In this document: piece after piece, positions 24,257 to 33,872 of the stretch | Layout: each line of letters opens with the position of its first letter | How positions within the stretch are numbered: the first letter of the stretch is position 1 | DNA from: an uncultured delta proteobacterium | GTDB lineage: Bacteria > Desulfobacterota > Desulfobacteria > Desulfobacterales > UBA2156 | NCBI GenBank assembly: GCA_963736855.1 | Contig: CAVTQK010000015.1 | Span: 672,001-736,000, forward strand | Reading direction: 5' to 3' | Length of the DNA stretch: 64,000 bases | Notes under the pieces: model-generated | What the model saw: the letters and a program-made list of their open reading frames with translations, nothing else | Told to the model about the DNA's origin: nothing | Database searches by the model: none | Made by a program: the position numbers and the translations under genes

Positions 24257-25222
24257 GTGTCGGACCTGCATACCTCCATACTGGCGGTTCGGGATCTTAA
24301 AATGTATTTCCCGGTCAGGCGCGGCGTGATGTCTAGGACCGTGGGATATGTTTACGCAGTTGACGGGGTCACCTTTTCCATGGATAAAAAGGAGATCCTG
24401 GGTCTTGTGGGCGAATCCGGGTGCGGCAAGACGACTCTGGCCCGAACGATATTAATGTTGGAAAGACCGGTATCCGGGCAAGTCCTGTTTGACGGAAAAG
24501 ATCTTTTTAAATTGCGCCGGCAGGAGCTTGCAGGGCTTCGAAAGCGGCTGCAGATCATTTTCCAGGATCCGACAGCTTCCCTGAATCCCCGGATGAATAT
24601 ATTGGATATCCTGACCGAGGGGCTTTTGCAGCACGGCATGGTGGAAGGGAACCGGGAGGCCCATGCGAGAAAACTCTTGGCGGAAGTGGGATTGGATGGG
24701 GATGTGATCTACCGTTATCCCCACGAATTTTCAGGGGGCCAGCGCCAAAGAATCAGCATAGCCCGGGCGATTTCCTTAAGGCCTGATTTCATCGTTTGCG
24801 ATGAACCGGTCAGTTCCCTGGATGTCTCCGTTCAGGCTCAGATCATCAATCTTCTCTTGGACCTTCGGGAACGCCACGATCTCTCCTATCTCTTCATTTC
24901 GCACGATTTGAGCGTAGTGGGGTATGTTGCGGACCGGATCGCTGTGATGTATCTGGGTCGGATGGTGGAGATGGGACCCGCCGGGGACGTGGTTGAAGAT
25001 CCCCTGCATCCCTATTCCCAGGCCCTTCTTTCGGCGGCACCGGCTCCGGGAGTTTATCGAAAAAAGAGGATTATTCTTTCAGGAGAAACGCCGTCGCCTG
25101 TCGCCCCCCCTCCTGGGTGTGTCTTTCACCCCAGGTGCCCGAAAACCATGCCTGTTTGCCGGAAAGAAGTTCCCCTGGAAACCGTTTCAGGAAATCGCCG
25201 GGTTTGGTGCCATCTTTATTAA
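24257..25222 (+). CDS. Peptide ABC transporter ATPase (OppF-like)
   Basis: GESGCGKT, FSGGQRQR, CDEPVSSLD, GCVFHPRC. Confidence 0.97.
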   Translation: MSDLHTSILAVRDLKMYFPVRRGVMSRTVGYVYAVDGVTFSMDKKEILGLVGESGCGKTTLARTILMLERPVSGQVLFDGKDLFKLRRQELAGLRKRLQIIFQDPTASLNPRMNILDILTEGLLQHGMVEGNREAHARKLLAEVGLDGDVIYRYPHEFSGGQRQRISIARAISLRPDFIVCDEPVSSLDVSVQAQIINLLLDLRERHDLSYLFISHDLSVVGYVADRIAVMYLGRMVEMGPAGDVVEDPLHPYSQALLSAAPAPGVYRKKRIILSGETPSPVAPPPGCVFHPRCPKTMPVCRKEVPLETVSGNRRVWCHLY

Positions 25223-25240
25223 AAGCCGGCAACATATTCT

Positions 25241-26494
25241 TTATTGTTTTTTAACGGGTGACGGTGATTGCGCCTCCGGTCTGGTCTGTGCTTTCGCCTT
25301 CAAGTTCGAGACGATTTTTCGGGCGGCGTCCATTCGCCCTTTGACTATTTCGATCTGGTTTTTATCCAGTTCCATTGAGCCGGCCCGCTCAAGGTGGGCT
25401 ATCGCATTTTCCGCTCCCTCAAGGGTCCCCTTCCCAAGGGCCACGTCCGCCCTGTAAACCAGCAGCATGTAATCGATATGGTTCAAGCGCTTCTTCACCG
25501 ATACCTGTTGGGCCTCGTTGGTCGCATAGGAAGATGCGGTTTTCAGATATTGCTGGATTTCTTCCAAATCCGGAATGCCGCTGACGTCAAAAAGGGCATC
25601 CGCCTTATTGAGATAATAATCGAAAGTCAGGGAGAAGGCCTCCTCTTGGGAATAGCGGCTTTTCAGAGGCTCCGGAGCCTGCATGCCTGGAAGGACCATG
25701 AAGCGCTTCTCACCGATGGGGGCGAAACTCCCTTTCCATATTTCAATCCCGCCTTTCGCGGGCTTTACGGCATAACTTTTGGAATTGGAAGCGCTGACGG
25801 CGATGAGGACCAATATCAAGAGCCCAAATCCGGCAATGACGAATTTCATTGTTCGATCGACCGGATCCGCTCCTTTAAGGGGTGTCGGAGGTTGATAATG
25901 GATAACCTCCTCCTCAGGCTTTTTCTTTGGTTTGTCCACAGCAGGCGGTGCCTGGGTCGTTTCAGTCATCATGGTTTTCTTTTTGCCTTTCTCTTCAGCA
26001 GGTATAGTGTCTGGTTTGGATTCGGCCTTCTTTACAGGCGGGGATGGTTTTTCGGATACAGGGGCAGGAGTCGTTGATTCGCTTTTTTCAGGAGGCGGCT
26101 TTTGAGCCGGCTTTTCCGGGGGAGGCCGTGAAGGCAATTCTTTAAAATCGAATTTTTTAAATAGCAACGTTCTCAGTTCTTTGGTTTCCTCCTCGCTTTT
26201 TCCGGTAAAAAAAGGCGGGGCGGTAAAATCCGGGGCTTTTATTTCAGCCGGCGGGGTATACAATTGATCGGGTTGCCACGAGTCGAATTTTTTAAAGATC
26301 AATGATTCCTGGGAAGGCGCCTTTTCTTTTTTTTCTTTACCGGATGCCGCGTTGAGTTTTGCAGCCTCTTTGACGGGCGGTGTCTTCAAAGTGGAGGCGC
26401 TTTTAGGCGTGCCTTTAGGTTTTAGACTCTCGTTTTTTTTCTTACCGGCGGTCTTTTTCTTGGTGGTGGATTTGACCAGGCTGTTTTTACCCAT
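25241..26494 (-). CDS. Hypothetical single-pass membrane protein with a long Lys/Pro-rich N-terminal region
   Basis: 417-aa ORF, two LxFKKFD motifs, one TM (FVIAGFGLLILVLIAV), helical C-domain. Confidence 0.75.
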   Translation of the reverse strand: MGKNSLVKSTTKKKTAGKKKNESLKPKGTPKSASTLKTPPVKEAAKLNAASGKEKKEKAPSQESLIFKKFDSWQPDQLYTPPAEIKAPDFTAPPFFTGKSEEETKELRTLLFKKFDFKELPSRPPPEKPAQKPPPEKSESTTPAPVSEKPSPPVKKAESKPDTIPAEEKGKKKTMMTETTQAPPAVDKPKKKPEEEVIHYQPPTPLKGADPVDRTMKFVIAGFGLLILVLIAVSASNSKSYAVKPAKGGIEIWKGSFAPIGEKRFMVLPGMQAPEPLKSRYSQEEAFSLTFDYYLNKADALFDVSGIPDLEEIQQYLKTASSYATNEAQQVSVKKRLNHIDYMLLVYRADVALGKGTLEGAENAIAHLERAGSMELDKNQIEIVKGRMDAARKIVSNLKAKAQTRPEAQSPSPVKKQ

Positions 26495-26628
26495 AACAAA
26501 CCCCTTTATTTATTGGATGTTGAGAAATGGAACCTCTGACTTAAGCAAAATCACCTATCAAAATGCACTCATTTTGTAAAGAATTTTTTGGTTATGGGGC
26601 ATAATGCCTATATCCGTTGAAACAAGCA

Positions 26629-26783
26629 TGATGGCTTCGTAAAAAGTCCATCTGCTGCGTTGCACTGCATCCTTCGTCATTGAGGAGTACCCATATGTAC
26701 GACTCATTCCTCAGGATTTGTGCGCCTTGCATCTGAAGCTTTTTACTTTACCATCCTAATTTTGAGTTTTTACGATTTCATCA
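26629..26783. repeat. Full-length miniature inverted-repeat element
   Basis: Near-identical to 16028-16182; flanks AGCA/GGCA. Confidence 0.9.
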
Positions 26784-26834
26784 GGCATGAGGAAGGAAAT
26801 CTCTTTAAAAAAAGGATTCCTCGGCACGGAAGCC

Positions 26835-27647
26835 TCAGCGGCCGGTGTCCGTTTTCTTAGGGGTGAAGGTTACCGGGAGACGCAGGGAAAAGGTGGCTCC
26901 TTGTCCTTTATCGCTTTTCAGCCGGATGTCTCCGTCAAGGGATCGGGCCATGATAAGGGCACCGGCAAGGCCCAGCCCATGCCCTTTTCTGGAGAGCTTC
27001 ATCGACGCATCGGTGACCTGGACATACTGTCTGAAGACCAGTTTGTGATGTTTCGGATCGATGCCCGGGCCGTCGTCGGTTACTTCAATCAGGAGATAAT
27101 CGCCGGTCTCCTCCACATGGATATCGATCCGGTTTTTGCGATGATAAAGAGCATTTTTTAGCAGGTTTCCCAGGATCTGGCGAAATCGGGTTTCGTCCTG
27201 GCACATATGGATTCGACCGATGTGGGGGGATAAGTCTAAATAAATGCCGTCTTGTTCCAGGGTGTGCTGCAGTTCGGTAGGGTTGTTGATCCGGGTCGAT
27301 AGGTCGACATCGGGCGCCAGGCGGGTTTCAAGGGCATCGAGTATAACCTGGAGGATCACATGCGCCGGGTCGAATTGAACGCAACAACAGACCCCGGCTT
27401 CCGACCGGCCGACTTCCAAGAGACCGTTGAGCATCTCGCGCGCCTTAACGGCGTTTCTTAATGCGCGTTTCAGCGTCTTTTCCTGCTGCGCTGAAAGAGG
27501 TCCGAATTTGTCCTGTTTGTCCAGGAGGGTGCGCACGCCGGTTTCGACGATGGCAATGGGATCCTTCATTTCGTGGATGAGAAACTGGATTTCGATCTCC
27601 CGGAAAAAGCGCTCAGGGGTATCAATTTCCGTTGGGTTTGTCTGCAT
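26835..27647 (-). CDS. Histidine kinase without a sensor domain
   Basis: H-box LIHEMKDP at about residue 25, N-box NLLKNA, DDGPGI, GHGLGL, GQGATF. Confidence 0.9.
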   Translation of the reverse strand: MQTNPTEIDTPERFFREIEIQFLIHEMKDPIAIVETGVRTLLDKQDKFGPLSAQQEKTLKRALRNAVKAREMLNGLLEVGRSEAGVCCCVQFDPAHVILQVILDALETRLAPDVDLSTRINNPTELQHTLEQDGIYLDLSPHIGRIHMCQDETRFRQILGNLLKNALYHRKNRIDIHVEETGDYLLIEVTDDGPGIDPKHHKLVFRQYVQVTDASMKLSRKGHGLGLAGALIMARSLDGDIRLKSDKGQGATFSLRLPVTFTPKKTDTGR

Positions 27648-27662
27648 TTCGATATTTCCTTT

Positions 27663-29665
27663 TTATTTCAACGCTGTTTTGGATTTCTGTTTCCTTGCCG
27701 GTGCCGGCGCAAATTGGATGGTGATGGTCGTCCCTCCGGACTCGATGCAGTCGCGCTCACTTTTACAGTGCCGACAGTCGGCGGTATCGCCTGGACAGAC
27801 GTCGGCGTCCAAGGGGATAAATCGGCAGCGATGGGATTCGACGCCAATGGCAAATTGGTAGCGCTCCGAGAAAATTTTAATGCGCAGAAGGTCGAATCCT
27901 TTTCCTCCCGCATTGAAGTCATAAGGCGTTTTTGTTGCATAACTGGCGGTGTCATAGGTGACGAAATGGTTTTGAAACACCATACGCTGTTTTTCCGCGG
28001 TCATGCCGATTCCGCAATCCGCAACCACAAATACCGGTCCTTCCTTTCGATCAGCTACGCGGATTTCTATTCGGCTCCCGTCCGGCGTGTTTTGAACTGC
28101 GTTACGAATGATACCGTCGACGGTTTTTTGCAGGACTTCCGGCGGGATCCAGATGGGAGGCATTTTTTCGTAATGTTCGACGATATGGCACTTTCGATGG
28201 CTAAAGAGAGGACGCGTCGCCTTGAGGCGCGCTTTTACAAACGTATCCAGTCGGATTCTTTCGGCTTTAGCCTCTTTAGGTCCGAACAGCGTATTGATCC
28301 GTTTTCTCAATCGCCCGACGAGCGTATCCACATCATCGCCTCTATCCGGATCTGCAGAAGCGGGATGCATTTCTTGTGTCTCGGTTTCCACAAGAGCCTC
28401 CAACTCATCCGCACAAGCGTCTAAAAGGGTCGACAGCATCATATGAGCCGTGTATCCTTTTTCTTCAACGATATCATCCAGCTCATATTGCATCTCAAGA
28501 AGACGGTCTAAATTTCTCTGGGCACGATCCAGGATTCGCCTCCAGCGCATATCCACGGCAGCGGCCTCGACCTTTTTTCTAGAAGACCCAAAGAGGCGCT
28601 TAAGATCGATACCGGTGTCTTGAGTTCATGAGAAAGGTGATGAATGATGTTATCCTTGGCGCTGTTGAGGCTTTTGACCTCTTTATAGGAGCGTTCTAGC
28701 TCCTCGTTGATCCTTGCATTTTCGATGGGGAAGGCCACGGTCCCGGCAATGGTGGAAAGAAGGGCCACATCATCCTGTGTGAAGATCCCGTCCCTTTTAT
28801 TAACGGCGCACAGTACACCGATCATTCGGTCCTGGATCCAGATGGGCACATCCAGCATGTTTCGGGTTTTGTAGCCGGAGAGTTTGTCTACGATGCTGTA
28901 AAAGTCGGGGTTGCTGTAAGGGTCGGGAGCAATAACGTGCTCTCCTGTTCGATACACTAGACCGGCGACTCCTTTGTTCAGAGGAAACCGGATTTCCTGA
29001 ATCCGTCGGATGGTTTCCATACTCTCATAATCGGCCACACGGAAAAAAAACTCATTTTTCGCCTTGTCGACCAAAATGACGGATGCGCCGTCGACGCCGA
29101 TGAGTTTGCGGACCTCTTGAACGACCACTGCAAGCCTTTCATCGAGAGATCGGAATTGGACCAGGGCCGTCGCCATGTGAAAAAGGGCTTGGCTGGTTTG
29201 GGCGGCCCGTTTTTCCGCGGTGATGTCCCGGGCGATTCCGCGAAAACCCACCTTGTTTCCTTTATCATCGAGAATGAGCTTGGCAGAGATTTCAAGAATG
29301 CGTGTTCGACCGTCTTTGCGGATGATCTCCCAGATGATGTTGGTAATCCCTTTGCCGGTGCGGAATACACGGTTGGTACTTTCAAAGGCCCTTTGAGCGT
29401 TTTCTGCATTCATGAATCTGCGGAAGTTCTGGCCCTGTATCTCCTTTTTTCTATATCCGAAAATACGGCATAGCGCATTGTTGAAAAACGTGAAGTAGCC
29501 CTTCAGATCGGTTTCATAGAAGGCATCCGCCACATCTTCGATAAAGACGCGGTATCGATCTTGATAGGTTCTCGAGTTTACAGGATTTCGACAGAAACCG
29601 TCTGCTGCATCCATAGATTTTTTAGGACGCGATCCGTGATCAGATTCTCTTTGAGTGTTGGCCAT
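27663..29665 (-). CDS. PAS-GAF histidine kinase, split by an apparent 1-nt deletion in an A run near 28572
   Basis: PAS (FNNALCRIFGY, RGIARDIT), GAF (KGVAG, IGVLCAVNK), SHELKTP; HATPase (RNAVQNT, DCGIGM, GKGFDL) in the next frame. Confidence 0.9.
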
Positions 29666-29728
29666 CTTTCGGCTGCTTCATTGGGTTTCAGCTAAAACCA
29701 TAAAGAATATTGATACCCAATTCGGAGA

Positions 29729-31030
29729 TCAACCCTTAGGCCGCTCATCGATCACGCGCAGGGCTTTTCCTTCACTTCGGGTAATGGTTTTAGGTGCTAA
29801 AATATCCACCTTCACTCCGATTCCCATCATCCCCTTGATGTGAGCGGCAATTTTTTTCTCCACTTCGGATCGCTTTTCGGTCCCTATGTCATAGACTTCA
29901 GGCTTGGCTTCAACCCGAACGGTTAGGTTGTCGAGGTATCCTTTCTTACGGATTACTAAAACATACTGGGGCAGCACTTCTTCTACATCCAGAAGGAGGG
30001 CTTCGATTTGGGACGGGAAGACATTGACGCCGCTGATGATGAGCATGTCGTCGGAGCGCCCGGTGATTTTATCCATCTTAATAAATGTTCTGCCGCAGGC
30101 GCATTTTTCCCGACGCAGACGACTGATGTCTTTGGTGCGGTATCGGATCATGGGCATGGCCCTGCGTTGGAGGGCGGTGAAGATGAGTTCCCCGCTTTCG
30201 CCCATGGGAACGGGCTCCAATGTCACCGGGTCAACGATTTCAGCCAGGTAATGGTCTTCGTTGATATGGAGACCGTCCTGTGCCTCGCAATCGAAAGCCA
30301 AGCCGGGTCCGCCGAGCTCTGTGAGACCATAAGCCTCCATAGCCTTGATTCCCATCCGGACCTCGATTTCGTCTCTCATGGCAATAGTCCAGGGTTCTGC
30401 TCCGAACACCCCTACTCGCATGGGGAGTTTTCGGATATCTACTTTCATTTCTTCTGCGCGTTCCGCGATAGTCAGAGCATAAGACGGGGTACAAAAGAGA
30501 GCGGTTGATCCGAAATCTTTCATGAGGGTGATTTGTCTTTCGGTCATGCCCGAGCTGGTGGGGACTACCGTGCAACCGAGCCGGCAGGCGCCCTGATGAA
30601 ATCCCAATCCGCCTGTGAAAAGGCCATGCCCGTAAGCGTTCTGGGCGATATCGGTCGGCCGCACGCCGGCAGCCCAGAGGTTTCGGGCCATGCATTCCGT
30701 CCATTGATCCAGGTCTTCGGCGGTGTAAGGTCCGGTGATCGGTTTCCCGGTGGTGCCGGAGGAGGCGTGGACACGAACGACCTTATCCATAGGGACTGCA
30801 CACAGACCGAAAGGATAATGGTCGCGCAGATCGTTTTTAACCGTCATCGGAAGCTTGCTGATATCTTCGAGGTGCTTGATATCGACCGGTTTGATGCTGC
30901 ATTCATCAAATTTATTCCGATAGAAGGGAATTTTTACGTAAACCCATTCCAGAGTTTCTTTCAGTTTTTTCAACTGAAATTCCTGAAGCTTATCGACGGG
31001 CATGGTTTCAAATTGATCATCCCAGGGCAT
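29729..31030 (-). CDS. paaK: Phenylacetate-CoA ligase family protein
   Basis: HASSGTTGKP, YGHGLFTGGLG, FGAEPW, YGLTE, RYRTKD, GRSDDMLII. Confidence 0.93.
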   Translation of the reverse strand: MPWDDQFETMPVDKLQEFQLKKLKETLEWVYVKIPFYRNKFDECSIKPVDIKHLEDISKLPMTVKNDLRDHYPFGLCAVPMDKVVRVHASSGTTGKPITGPYTAEDLDQWTECMARNLWAAGVRPTDIAQNAYGHGLFTGGLGFHQGACRLGCTVVPTSSGMTERQITLMKDFGSTALFCTPSYALTIAERAEEMKVDIRKLPMRVGVFGAEPWTIAMRDEIEVRMGIKAMEAYGLTELGGPGLAFDCEAQDGLHINEDHYLAEIVDPVTLEPVPMGESGELIFTALQRRAMPMIRYRTKDISRLRREKCACGRTFIKMDKITGRSDDMLIISGVNVFPSQIEALLLDVEEVLPQYVLVIRKKGYLDNLTVRVEAKPEVYDIGTEKRSEVEKKIAAHIKGMMGIGVKVDILAPKTITRSEGKALRVIDERPKG

Positions 31031-31068
31031 TTCCTTCCTCCTTGACTAATTTTAAGTGGATGCGTTTC

Positions 31069-31662
31069 TTATGATCGTGCCGCGGCTGAAAAGCCCAGCT
31101 CGAAGGCTTTAAGATTAATATCCGAAAAGGCCTTTTTGGTTTTGCTTCTGATGATGGTTTTCACATGATCCGCCGTCAATGGAACGGTGCCGGTTTGGAT
31201 CAATGCTCCTAAAAGGACCATGTTGACGGCCATAATACTTCCCACCTCTTTGGCGATGTTGGTAGCGTTGAAAGCGATGAGTTTTCCGGTCTTTTTCCGG
31301 ATCAGATCCTGTAGCTGCTTCAGATTCGGATACACCCCTTTTCCGATGTTGACCGTAAAAGGCATGATAGGAGAAAGGTTTGTGATGACCAGTGTTTTTG
31401 CGTTGCATTTGTTCAGGGCGCGAAGCGTTTCCGAGGGCTCAAAGCCCATCAGGACATCGGCCTCCCCGTCTGAGATAATGGTACTATCGGCCTCCCCGAA
31501 TACGACGGCGGATTCCACCACGCCTCCCCGTTGGGCCATGCCGTGGATTTCGCTCATACGGATCGGGATGTTCGCTAAGAGCGCCGCTTCCCCCAGTACT
31601 TTGGAAGCAAGCAGATTCCCCTGTCCCCCGACCGCTACGATGATGACTCGCGTTGTGTCCAT
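31069..31662 (-). CDS. iorB: Indolepyruvate:ferredoxin oxidoreductase beta subunit
   Basis: VGGQGNLLAS, SEIHGMAQRGGVV, NMVLLGA, NLKAFELG. Confidence 0.96.
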   Translation of the reverse strand: MDTTRVIIVAVGGQGNLLASKVLGEAALLANIPIRMSEIHGMAQRGGVVESAVVFGEADSTIISDGEADVLMGFEPSETLRALNKCNAKTLVITNLSPIMPFTVNIGKGVYPNLKQLQDLIRKKTGKLIAFNATNIAKEVGSIMAVNMVLLGALIQTGTVPLTADHVKTIIRSKTKKAFSDINLKAFELGFSAAARS

Positions 31663-31730
31663 TTGCTCAAATCCTATCTTTTATGATGTGTTTAAAGGCC
31701 GGATCATTCCAAAATGGAATCCGGGAGCGA

Positions 31731-33593
31731 TCACGCAGAGTTCTTTTTGGCCTTTAAAGGCATAATGGCATTTTCCGGGCAGATCTGGGCGCAGACCGCG
31801 CATCCTGTGCACAAGTTGAGATCGATATTGACCATTCCCTCCCAGATGAAAAAGGCCGGGCAGGCGATACTCAGGCAATCCCGGTGATTTTTGCATTTTT
31901 CAGTGACCCTGAACGGCTTTCCTTTGGCCAGGCCCAAACTCTTGGCATAAAGGACACACATTTCCTCGGAGATAACCACGGAAACCCCTTTAAATCGGAC
32001 GGCTTCCCGAATGGCTTCGATGCTTTTCTTGACTTTATAAGGTTTGATCTTGGTGACAAAGGGAACACCAAGACCTTTGACGACGTTTTCGATATTGAGG
32101 CGACCGTAACCGCTGAGGTTGAGCAGGGACATGTCTACACCGGGATGGGGTTGATGTCCTGTCATGGCGGTGATCCCGTTGTCCAGGATCACGAGGGTCA
32201 GGTTGTGATTGTTGAAAATAGCGTTGATGAGCCCTGGAATTCCGGAATGAAAGAAGGTGGAATCCCCAATGAAGGAAATGACTTTCCGGTCCGTTGCCTT
32301 GGAAAAACCTCCTGCCGTTCCCGTGGATGATCCCATACACAGGAGAAAATCCGCCATAGAAAGGGGGGGAAGGACACCCAAGGTATAGCAGCCGATATCT
32401 GTCGGATAAACGGTCTCCATTCCCTCCACCGCCTTTTTGACGGCGTAATAGGTGGCTCGATGGGAGCATCCGGCGCACAGCGTCGGAGGCCGGTCCGGGA
32501 CTTCAGGGGCATCACTGACGTCTACGGAGACCGGCTTTTTGTAAGGAATTCCAAAATATTTTGCGATGCGTTCGCGAACCATCCCCGGGTCGAACTCGTA
32601 AAGCGGCGAAAAAAAACCTTCTCCTTTTCCCCGGATCTCCACGCAATTTCCATCTTCCTGGGCAAAAGCCTTTACGGCTTCTTCCATGTAAGGCTCGCCT
32701 TCTTCCACCACGAGAACCTTTTGACACCCTTTGAGAAACTGTTTTATCAAAGATCCCGGCATGGGATGGGAAAAGCCGATACGCAGGATTCTCGCTTTTC
32801 GGCCGATGTCGAGATCTTTGACGGCATCTTTCACGTAGGCATGGCTGATGCCGTTGCAGATAATGCCCCAGGCACCGTCCCCTTCAAGGATGTTCAGGGG
32901 AGAGGTTTCGGAAATCGTCCGGGCTTTTTCGATGTTTTTAAGGAGTTTGACATGCAGCTTCCGGGAGACTGCCGGCACGGTTACCAGATTGAGGGGATCT
33001 TTTTTAAATTCTCCCTTGACGACCCGGGGGCGCATGGGACCCAGGGTGACGACTGCGGTGGAGTGATTGATGCGGGTCGTGGTCCGAAAGATGACCGGTT
33101 CCTGGAGCTGTTCGGAGACCTCAAAGGCATAAGGAACCAGTTCCTTGGCTTCCTGGACGGATGACGGTTCGATTACCGGGAGTCCGGAAAGCTTACCGTA
33201 ATACCGATTGTCTTGCTCGTTTTGACTGGAGAACATAAAGGGATCATCCGCGGTGAGCACGACCATCCCGCCTTTGACACCCACATAAGCCAGCGTCATG
33301 AGGGGATCTGCGGCCACATTCAGACCCACATGCTTCATGACCGCCATGCTGCGAAGGCCGCAGTTTGCAGCAGCAGCCGCCACCTCGAGGGCGACTTTTT
33401 CATTGGTGCTATACTCGAAATAAAGATCGCTTTCCTGGGACATTTGGAAAAAGCTCAATGAAACCTCCGAAGAGGGCGTCCCGGGGTAAGTGCTGGTGAA
33501 AGCGACTCCCGCTTCAATGGCCCCGCGGGCGATGGCCTCATTACCGAGGAGGAGCATTTTTTCGCCGGCTCTATCCGTCAATAGCTTATGCAT
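31731..33593 (-). CDS. iorA: Indolepyruvate:ferredoxin oxidoreductase alpha subunit
   Basis: LGNEAIARG, YPGTPSSE, KHVGLNVAAD, LCAGCSH, GDSTFFHSG, C-terminal ferredoxin. Confidence 0.98.
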   Translation of the reverse strand: MHKLLTDRAGEKMLLLGNEAIARGAIEAGVAFTSTYPGTPSSEVSLSFFQMSQESDLYFEYSTNEKVALEVAAAAANCGLRSMAVMKHVGLNVAADPLMTLAYVGVKGGMVVLTADDPFMFSSQNEQDNRYYGKLSGLPVIEPSSVQEAKELVPYAFEVSEQLQEPVIFRTTTRINHSTAVVTLGPMRPRVVKGEFKKDPLNLVTVPAVSRKLHVKLLKNIEKARTISETSPLNILEGDGAWGIICNGISHAYVKDAVKDLDIGRKARILRIGFSHPMPGSLIKQFLKGCQKVLVVEEGEPYMEEAVKAFAQEDGNCVEIRGKGEGFFSPLYEFDPGMVRERIAKYFGIPYKKPVSVDVSDAPEVPDRPPTLCAGCSHRATYYAVKKAVEGMETVYPTDIGCYTLGVLPPLSMADFLLCMGSSTGTAGGFSKATDRKVISFIGDSTFFHSGIPGLINAIFNNHNLTLVILDNGITAMTGHQPHPGVDMSLLNLSGYGRLNIENVVKGLGVPFVTKIKPYKVKKSIEAIREAVRFKGVSVVISEEMCVLYAKSLGLAKGKPFRVTEKCKNHRDCLSIACPAFFIWEGMVNIDLNLCTGCAVCAQICPENAIMPLKAKKNSA

Positions 33594-33677
33594 GGTCCCT
33601 TCCTCATTCTGGTTGAAGTTGCATGAAGGTTTTTTAAACGATCTCTAAACCGGATTCAATATATTAGACTAGCAAAA

Positions 33678-33710
33678 AGCTACATTACAGCTACAATACA
33701 GTACAGTCAA
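33678..33710 (-). promoter_or_regulatory. iorA promoter overlapped by 11-bp direct repeats
   Basis: Minus strand TTGACT-17-TAATGT; plus strand AGCTACATTAC AGCTACAATAC AGTACA. Confidence 0.5.
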
Positions 33711-33736
33711 GAAAATTGTTGAGGAAAGGAGGGCGC

Positions 33737-33853
33737 ATGATCGTTCGAAACATCAATGATCCGGAGGTTCTTGAAACCACTTATCCGGCCTACGGCGGTG
33801 CCGTTGCTCAAATGATTCTGGATTACCGGATTTTGAAGGAGATCGGATTTTTA
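33737..33853 (+). pseudogene. N-terminal remnant of a small, probably cupin-type gene
   Basis: AGGAGG RBS then MIVRNINDPEVLETTYPAYGGAVAQMILDYRILKEIGFL, which runs into the 3' end of the convergent gene; family recalled from memory. Confidence 0.4.
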
Positions 33854-33872
33854 AAGGAAAAAGACCCATGCG

